This document shows, piece by piece, positions 55,501 to 64,000 of a stretch of DNA of 64,000 nucleotides (positions within the stretch are counted from its first letter, which is position 1; every line of letters starts with the position of its first letter). A program made the translations under genes and the position numbers. Source of the DNA: Paragordius varius (Eukaryota; Animalia; Nematomorpha); the NCBI GenBank assembly GCA_964247055.1, contig OZ176051.1, forward strand, positions 3,782,001 through 3,846,000, read 5' to 3'. A model generated the notes under the pieces. It was not told the DNA's origin, did no database searches, and saw nothing but the letters and a program-made list of their open reading frames with translations.

Positions 55501-57815
55501 AATGGATATCCTTTATACAGAAGAAAAGCTCCAGAGGATGGTGGGAAAACAGCTTTAATGCATCTTAGGAATGGTGACGTAGAAATAGATAATCGATGGG
55601 TGATTCCCTACTCCCCCTTATTGTTAAAAACCTTTAAAGCTCACATAAACGTAGAATATTGCAATTCTGTAAAATCGATCAAATACATTTGCAAGTATAT
55701 AAATAAAGGCAGTGATATGGCTGTTTTTCGCGTCCAACCTGATATTGCAAGTGAAAATATTAAAGATGAAATATCCCAGTATCAGTCAGGAAGATATATA
55801 AGTAGCAGTGAGGCTGTTTGGCGAATATTTTCCTTTCCCATACATGAACGTAGCCCTACAGTTGTTCATTTATCAATACATTTAGAAAATGGGCAACGTG
55901 TCTATTTTACACCTTCTAATGCCATAGAGGTAGCTAGAAAGCCACCAGATACTACTTTAATTGCTTTCTTTAAGTTATGCCAAAAGGATGACTTTGCGAA
56001 AACATTACTTTATTCTGAAATACCTTCCTATTACATATGGAACACTAAAAGAGAATTTGAACGGCGCAAGCGGGGGATTCCTCTTAGTTCCTATTCTGGT
56101 ATATATAAAGGTGCGGCATTGGGTATATTATATACGGTTCATCCCAACCAGGACGAAAGTTTTTTTCTTCGTCTATTATTGATAAATGTGAGAGGACCGA
56201 CTTCATTTGATTATTTAAAAACCGTAAACGGTGTTTTACATTCTACGTTTCGCGGTGCATGCCAGGCGCTCAATTTGTTGGACAATGATCAACATTGGGA
56301 GCTATGTATCCATGAGGCGTGTCAAACATCCTATCCTAATCAAATACGTACTTTGTTTGCCATTATATTAACGTTTTGTTCACCCTCATCACCGGCAGAG
56401 CTATGGAACAAATATAAAAAACAGATGTCTGAGGATCTCTTGCTGCAATCCGGTTTGGTTCAGATATCAATAATAATCCAAATAACGATGAAACAAAAAT
56501 ATTTAATGACGCTTTGGTAAAAATTGAAGACATTTGTCTAGAGATATCAAACAGACCTCTTAAACTCTTAGGAATGCCATCTCCAAATCGAATGCTGTCG
56601 TTTCCATATAATATAGAAATTCGTCGTGAACAAGGTTATAATGAATTGGAGTTGATATCCTATCCAAATTCTAATTTATGCAAACTAACGCCAGAACAAA
56701 GGATAATATACGATAAAATAATGAGAGATATTTCTAATGATGTTGTCAGTATTAAAATTTCATTTTTTTAAAAATATAAGTAATTTTTAATTTTAATAAA
56801 CACATAATTTATTTTAGAGTGAATTTGAAGTGTAAATGGTATATATATGTTTTTACTAACTTTTCAAACGCATATTTTTTATTGCAGGTCTCAAGTCGAA
56901 AACCTAAAAATCTCCTAAGGGCTTCTATTTTTGGTGATTTTTCCGTTAATATAACAAAGATATATATATATATATATATATATATAGTAATAATATATAA
57001 TCCTAAAAGACAACAAAGTGCTACTGATACATCCCGGTGATGTTGATTACCTTTGGAGAACTAACAGCTAAGGTAAAATCATATAATTAAAAAGATCTTT
57101 CAGACATTATTTAATAAATACTTAAATTTTAGAGCAAAAGAGCCTTATTATTTGTATAAAATTATGTTTACCATAAAATTGGTTAATCATAGCTATTATA
57201 TATTATATTATAAAGTATTTAACAAAATTGAGAAGAGATGAAAGTAATAAATAAATTTGGTGGCAAAATGGACACGTATATAAAAAGTATTTTGTTAGTT
57301 ATGTTCATACAAAAGTATTTAATAATTAAATCCGATGAATCCCTAATTTAATTTTTGAAATTATATTTATACCTAAAACCGCCCCTCTCCCTTGGTACCA
57401 CTTTTGATTGGTCAATATTTGCAAAACTAGCTGAACCAATACCAAATGGATGATTGTTCTAATATAATATTATTTTAATATTTTATAAAAAAGAAATAAA
57501 TAATGCTCATACCTTTGTGGTATTAAATTCAGAAAAACCCATAGATTCCATCATAGCTGGATCTTCCTCGGGTATTAATTCAATGTGATCACCTATTCTT
57601 TCTAAAATAAATTTTAAAAATAAATAACCTTTCGGTGGTGGCGTGGTTTCTCTAGAATCAGGAGTGCCAGATCGGCTACGCTTTCTGTAATTATCTTCAT
57701 TATCGGAATGTTCCCTTTAATAAAATACAATTATTTACCTGTTATTTGTTTCTTCTTCTATAATTGTTTCTTGCGTGATCTGAACCTCGTTTATTTCCAC
57801 TTCCACCGCGCTCAT
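52532..57815 (-). CDS. SNRNP27 (U4/U6.U5 27K)-like protein with a long C-terminal RGG/Gly-Pro tail
   Basis: Exons 57815-57739, 57714-57629, 57601-57513, 57458-57373, 52934-52532; introns 24, 27, 54 and 4438 nt, all phase-compatible. Contains RKRSRSGTPDSRE, EEDPAMMESMGFSEFNTTK (27K-like MMxxMGFxxFxTTK motif) and ERGGFR|GGRGGGGRGG. The join across the long intron is inferred. Confidence 0.7.
54845..55296 (-). repeat. 452-bp inverted duplicate of 55917-56368
   Basis: Reverse complement matches with only a few substitutions (K>T, T>A, I>R, S>C, T>A in translation); spacer 55297-55916 is 620 bp. Confidence 0.97.
55297..56771 (+). pseudogene. Helitron Rep/Hel internal fragment (intronic)
   Basis: ISAEIPDP, MIHGP, YPLYRR, IDNRWVIPYSP, HINVEYC, Rep motif 3 KYICKYINKG, IHERSPTVVHLSIHLENGQRVYF and FRGACQAL. 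Frameshift near 56510; stops at LTPEQRIIYDKI before the helicase Walker A; HUH motif absent. Confidence 0.95.
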
Positions 57816-58386
57816 ATTGAAAAGCTAAATGTATGATTGCGTAAATTCAATCAGGTGTTGTAAAAAATTTACCTTTACACAAAGATATAACCCGACCCCC
57901 GACGCAACTAGACGGCTGTCACTGAACCACCATTGACTGATGTTTGGAAGGGCAGCAAGGGGCGTCTTTTGTGGACAGTGGCGACGTGGGTCTGCTACAC
58001 CCTTTTCTTGATACACCTTGATACTTTTTATCATAATATATTAAAAGTTACTGTTTCGATACTAACCAAACAATCATTTCAAAAAAATATTTTTTTACGT
58101 AGTCATATTTGACTTGACCACCTATGTTTCTATACAAAGATTGTGCAACACCATTTAAATTTCATCTCTTAAAATATTGGTTGCGAATTTTAATCTTACA
58201 TAATAAGCAACAATATATAGTAAACAAAATCTATATTATTGAGCATCAATTATAGACATTTTTTTATTCCAATAATTGGTTATTAAAAATATATTTATCA
58301 ATTCAACATTAAAAACGCGTTCTTTGGCCTTTTGGCGTATTTAAAACATAATTACGAATACGTTATAAATATAAAAAGATTATCAA

Positions 58387-58957
58387 CACTTCGATTCAAA
58401 TTGGGGTATCTAAATACCCCAGACTAAATTTAAATTAAAATTTTTAAAAAACTATTGAAGGAAACGGTCCCAATTTAAATATATGCCTCTATCCTGATAA
58501 ATATTATATAAATATGCCAAAGTATCTTGAAATTTTGTTTTGAAAAAAAAAGTTCCATCTCAAACTACTTCGACGCCATTTTTTTCGCAAAAATTTTACA
58601 AAATACCGTCTCCATTTAATTTTAAGGGTAAAACTAAAGCTTATTTTTTATATAAATTACATCTAACATTAAAAGATATAGAAAAAGCGGTTTATTTTAT
58701 ATTATTTTTTAATTTTACAATTTGAAACATGTCACGTTGACTAAATTTTTACCTTTCAGTTTTAGCTCAAAATAAGTAATATCAAGTATTTTAGAAAAAT
58801 TTATATTTCGGTTTATTAATGTTATATAAGTGCAAAATTTTGCCATGGTTTCGATTCTTTCCATACTTTTTAAAGTATTTGATTTTAAACAGGCCTGGGG
58901 TATCCAACTACCCCAATTTGAATCGAAGGACTAAAATAAGTGTGTTGTATCCAAGTG
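58387..58957. mobile_element. TTAA-flanked MITE, family copy 4
   Basis: TCAA|CACTTCGATTCAAATTGGGG...CCAAGTG|TTAA; colinear with 7323-7840. Confidence 0.85.
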
Positions 58958-59229
58958 TTAATGGGTTTTAATTAATATCTTGCCGCAACTTGGGGGCATA
59001 AATTTTCCTGATAAAAACTTATAATCTGATTGATAAATTTATCAAATTTCTCATGGTCTTTTTTAATTTTTAGGCTAAAGATTGGTATAAAAATATGGAA
59101 ATTTATTTAAAAACGTGTCATAAAAAAATAAAACTTGCGAACGGTTTCGGACACTATAACGTATGTCTGTCCTCAACGTTAAAAATATATAAATCAGTAT
59201 GGATAAAATGGTTGTTCTTTATAGGCAAT

Positions 59230-59700
59230 TTTAAATATTTTTTTGACTTTATTTACTCTTTACCTTTTTACTTTTTTGTCTTAGTTTACATAATGGGGTA
59301 TTTTATGTAAGAGGCTGTTTTGCAAACTACAGGACAAAAGTTATTCAAGTTATAATTTAATTTACAAACAATTTTAAAAAATCTTATTTATACACTTTTG
59401 TGACATCTAGACTCTCGAGTCTAAAATTGGGAACAGCTCCAAAAACACGGTTGAAATTAACAGCTGATATTAAAATCAAACATTTTCCAACCATAATATA
59501 CATTTAGGCCTGTATAGCGATTTACAATAATTCATATAAAATGGCGGTAAAAAAGCTTGAGATGGGATTTTTTTTACATTAAAAATTTTTTTTAAAATGT
59601 TATTAAAAAGCTAAATAAGGCATATTTTTAATTCGGCTAAATACCTTCTTTTTAAGATAATGAAATTTCAAATCCCTCTGGGATATAAAACTATACAAGG
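59230..59700. repeat. Old dispersed repeat (also ~380-1020, ~9830-10540, partly ~26860-27040, inverted ~45080-45420)
   Basis: Shared motifs AATTGGGA(C)AGCTCCAAAA(A)CACG and TTACCTTTT...GTC(C/T)TAGTTTAC; termini not resolved. Confidence 0.65.
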
Positions 59701-60269
59701 TAATGGAAAGGCATATTAATGATTTCCAATTTCATTTTACATAGGCTCCGAGAGGTCCCAATTTTTTTCGCTTCTAAAATGGGCTACTTCTCTTAAATTA
59801 AAAGCAAAAATGCCGATACGCGATAAAATTTAAATAAAATCTGATATAAATAAAAATATTTTTTAATAAAAGTATACAGTGATATATTTTTAGAAAAATT
59901 TTGAAGCCTTCTTCATACCATTTTGAGGCAGGATAGCGGTACGGAAACGCTTAAACACTTTTTCTATATAATTCGACGATGAATACGGTAAAATATTGTA
60001 AAAGAAACCATTCATATATAAAATAAACCTGAGATGAACGAACATTTTAATCAAAATTTTGAGTTGATAGAAATGTTTAGCATCGAATTATAAAGATAAA
60101 GCGTTTTTATAATATCTTTAAGTGTTTTTATACCTTTTCCATCATGCCTCAAAATAGTAGGAAATAGTTCAATAAAATTTTGCTAAATTCAATTTTTGAA
60201 AAAATATGCATTTTTGAAAAATATTTTAGTTGATCTCAAATTTTGCATATATTTAATTTTTGATTGCGC

Positions 60270-60600
60270 AATCTCGGCATTTTTGCGTTTATTTTAGAGA
60301 ACTAGACCATATCTAAAAATTAAAATTTTATAAAAATATTGTTTTGCTTTTTATATGCAGTTTATAAAAATTAGTGATATTTTTTGAAATGAAGCATTCA
60401 ATTTACACCAAAAATAATTTACGTAAAAAATGTGTGGAAACTTTGACCTTTTTTGATATGGAACACTTACCCCAAAAGTGCAACTAACTTTATTAAATCA
60501 TTCGTAAGGGCCAAAACCAAAAGCATCATGATGATCCTAACATTTTCCTATCAGAATCTATATATCACATCAGGATATTTTTTAAACCACCCGATTTACT
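60270..60600. repeat. Old dispersed repeat (also ~45640-45910, partly ~48660-48900; its 5' part is inverted at ~59775-59830)
   Basis: Shared CTCGGCATTTTTGCGTTTATTTT, ATCTAAAA...TATAAAAAT and GAACACTTA...AAACCAAAAG motifs. Confidence 0.6.
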
Positions 60601-61077
60601 GTGTATACAGATTAAATGAGTAGAGCCTCAAACATTTTTTATGTGTAATGAAACGTTAATATAGCAAAAATGTTGTAAAAAAACAAATAGCCTGATTAAT
60701 TTATGTTTTGCAACTTTATGGTAATGCAATCCAAATATTAATATACTTACTGTTTAATATCCGATTAGTATTATTTTTTAACCAAAGCCTATCCTTTTTA
60801 ATTACAATAAAAATTTTATAAATATATTATTTATTGTTTTCATGATTAGACGGATTTATATAGACTGTACAATGGATTAGATAATACGATTACATTACGT
60901 CGAATATGATATGAATTAAAACTAATATTCACGATTAAAATCAACAAATATAAATATGTCATTAATTTTTCTTAAAAAAAGAAATTTGGATAAAAGTTAT
61001 TATTATTTAAAATAGAATGAATCTATTGTCTATCCACATATAAAAATAAAAAAATCCGTTATATCCAAAGGCTCTCC

Positions 61078-64000
61078 TCAATTAAAATTTGTTTCATATA
61101 TCTGTGAAGGGGATAAATAAGTTAAACCAGATTTTGGTTCTGTAAAAGTTTGAGCAATTTCATTTCTTTTGATTAGTTTTGACGCTTTATTATCACAATC
61201 TTTATGTACCAAATTATTGGCAGTATCATTTGGTAATTGTATAATTTTTTTATTCTCATCATCATGAATTTTATTATTATTGCTATTGTTAGGGGTATCA
61301 TTATTAGTAGTACAGATTGTAAATGGTTTAGAGCCGTTATTTAATGGAGCAGATTTTCTTTTAAACAATAAGTTACCGATTGATGATGGATTTTTACTGT
61401 ATTGATCCATACTCCCTGTAAAATGTTATATATTTTGCTTATTACATACACTCAAACAAATGAACGAAAAATTAACATACACCTAAGTATAATAATTTTA
61501 CTATCGCTTTTTAAATATTTAAAAAAACCAAAATATGGAAAAAAACTTACCAAAAGAATTAAGCAATCCACGCACACTGCTAAAACTCTGGCGAGCATGG
61601 TAATCACGGGAAGGAAAGGGAACTAAAGATTTATTCAGTCTGTTAGTTTTGGGAGGTTTTGTCGTCTTTTTAGGGTTTTGCTGAATGGAAGTATTTGAGG
61701 ATTTCTTTATAATTTTGTTCTCTAGTACATGAGATTGATTTGATGCAAAATCTGTTTTATCATCAGTAAGGTGTGATAAAGTATGATGTACATCATTTAT
61801 ATTTGGGATTGGATGATTCGGTGCCGATATCCTAGTAAATGGTAGGATGTGATATGAACTGCCAGATATTAGTTTTTTAAGAGCAACCCAAGGCTTTTGG
61901 TAAAATGGTATACTATCACTACCACCTTTTGTGTAATATTTTGTACCACTGATGGATTTATCATTAGTGTTTTTGCAAAAAGTGACTTGCAATTTTTCAC
62001 CTATACCAATCGATGATAATGGTTTGTCGCAATTTTCTGCGTCAATATTAATATTCTCATTCCCTATTTCAGCATGAATAATTTTTGCAGTGCTAGCTGT
62101 TTGGTTATCAAGGTCTGCACCTGCAGTCAAATGATCTTTATATGGTGTTGAAGTTAACAAAGGTTCTGTAATGCAATCATTTTTTTGTTTGTCCTTAATT
62201 ATTCCATTTATAGATAAATCATTGTCGTGAATTGAGGAGGGGCTTAATAATCGGGATCCTTCCCCTAAATTGGGAGCTATAACAAAAGTAAATGACAAAA
62301 ATTATAAATAATGTCCTATAAATTTAGTGTTTAAATAAATTAAATAATTGAATAATGGGTAAATTTTGATAAAAAATATTCCATAAAAGCGCATATTAAA
62401 ATTACAATGGGTACAAGAAGAATTTTCATCCGTGTCAGATTGTTGTGTGTTTGCTATTTTTTCACCTTTTGATGCGGCGATGGTTTTGGCGTAAAAAGAA
62501 TATTGTTTGAAAGTATCTTTCATATCAGGATACAAGATATCAACAATATCCCAAAATGTTGGGCGACCGGTTGGTTCAGCATTCCAGCATAATTGCATCA
62601 ATTCGTATCTTAAAAGGTGACACAAAACAAAAATATATTTAGGATTTAATATTATACATGGTTTTTTGTTCCAAGATAAAACATAAAAAGTTTTATAATA
62701 ATCTAATGATTTTGATATTTTATTTATTATATAAACTTGGATACAAATTATTAAAATAAGTTTTGTTCAACCAATTTAAACTTTTCAGTATTTAATAATC
62801 CAAAACGGTTGATCATGCTTAAGTCTCTAGCTAAAAAATAGTTTTATTAAATAGAAACCACTAGTCTTTTATAATTTACTTTTGTCTCGTTATAATTTAT
62901 TAAAAATTTGTTATAATTTAATTACAATTGATCGGGACATCCTTCAGGTTGTTCCAAAATGCCACCATTGATGACAAAATTGACGACCTGTTCGTTAGAT
63001 AAACCCTGATAAGGTTGACAAGCCAAAGTTGCAATCTCCCACAAAACTATGCCATATGACCTAAAGAAAGTTCAAACTTAATAATTATTTCTGGAAAAAA
63101 CTAATTAAACAAGTGGTGATTTTATAAATTCTAATGGAATTTTTCATAGTAATGCTAAACTTATAAAAAATGAAGTAAATAATTTGTGTCTTAGTAAAAA
63201 TATAAAAATAAAATATTTCACATACATTATATTAAAAATAATTATCAAGAATGTAAAAAAGAATGTTGACATACCAAACATCAGATTGAGAGGTGAAAAT
63301 TCCATCTTTAAGTGATTCAAGAGCCATCCAACGTACTGGTAACAAACCTTTTCCATCTTTACGATAATAATCGGTTTCATAAATGTCTCTCGTCATTCCA
63401 AAATCTATTCACAAATATTCACAAAAATAGTATGATAATAAGTTATTATCAAAAAGGTATCTCTGTGGTATAACTAAAACGCTATTTCTATCTATTCGCG
63501 TAGAAAAGGCTAAAAAATAGGAGTGTTTGAGTAATCAAAAATAATCGATTTAAAGGCGGTCATAAACAATCAATATCATATATTTGTAATCAATTATAAT
63601 AGTTCTAAGTAGTGCAATTTATAGTTTATATCAATTGGATAAAAATTTTGAAAGAAAACTTTAAAATCACGTAATTTTATACATAATTAATCCTATAAAA
63701 TACATATATCAACATAATTATTTATATAATAGCAATCACAGTCACACTCTTATTATAAACTCAAAAAACCTTAGCTATAAAAAGTGCGTGCGAAATCAAA
63801 GCCTTTCTCCAAAAAAGATTAAAAGATGTTATATATATAAAATTTACCTCCAACTTTAACGGTCAAATTTGCATCAACCATACAATTTCTGGCAGCTAAA
63901 TCTCGATGAACTACATGAGAATTTGCCAAATAAGCCATACCATCAGCAATCTCACCGGCCATGTACAGGTATTGAGCAAATGTTAGAGGTCTTTTGAGCA
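61078..64000 (-). CDS. InR: Insulin/IGF receptor-family tyrosine kinase, 3' part (kinase C-lobe and long tail; continues beyond window)
   Basis: Exons >64000-63848, 63404-63275, 63060-62926, 62608-62406, 62276-61551, 61415-61078. Reads [12 protein letters not shown]...[11 protein letters not shown]...TVKVG|[44 protein letters not shown]|[25 protein letters not shown]; the YETDYY activation loop is diagnostic. Tail exon joins are less certain. Confidence 0.93.

Noticed and set aside
57602-57628. Treating the 27-nt intron as proven
   Set aside because: It is a multiple of 3 with no in-frame stop, so retention would add nine residues. The micro-intron claim rests mainly on the 22-, 23- and 24-nt cases.
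57880-58020. tRNA, snRNA or RNase P gene in the GC-rich island
   Set aside because: No cloverleaf, A/B boxes, Sm site or P4 consensus could be matched by eye; left as an open finding only.

Overview
This is very AT-rich eukaryotic nuclear DNA with spliceosomal introns; there is no prokaryotic operon, rRNA, tRNA or CRISPR array. Five host genes can be assembled by hand: a Dpr/ZIG-8-like GPI-anchored Ig protein (+, 27.7-32.5 kb), a cysteine-rich probably secreted protein (-, 38.1-41.2 kb), RPL11 (+, 46.4-47.1 kb), an SNRNP27-like protein with an RGG tail (-, 52.5-57.8 kb) and the 3' half of an insulin-receptor-family kinase (-, 61.1-64.0 kb). The Dpr-like and InR genes point to a bilaterian, probably protostome, animal (inference). 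The two housekeeping genes contain 22-, 23-, 24- and 27-nt GT-AG introns next to ordinary 50-4400-nt introns. The first 26.5 kb is a head-to-tail triplication of an ~8-kb unit with no intact ORF that appears to hide a decayed micro-intron gene. The rest is dense in DNA transposons: hAT Blackjack and Buster elements and MITEs with exact 8-bp TSDs, TTAA-flanked MITEs, TA/TATA-flanked foldback elements, two non-autonomous Helitrons with a ~160-bp A/B dimeric satellite, and a Helitron Rep/Hel fragment with a 452-bp inverted duplication. All alignments and translations were done by eye. Boundaries marked ~ are approximate, and family names rest on remembered motifs, not database searches.
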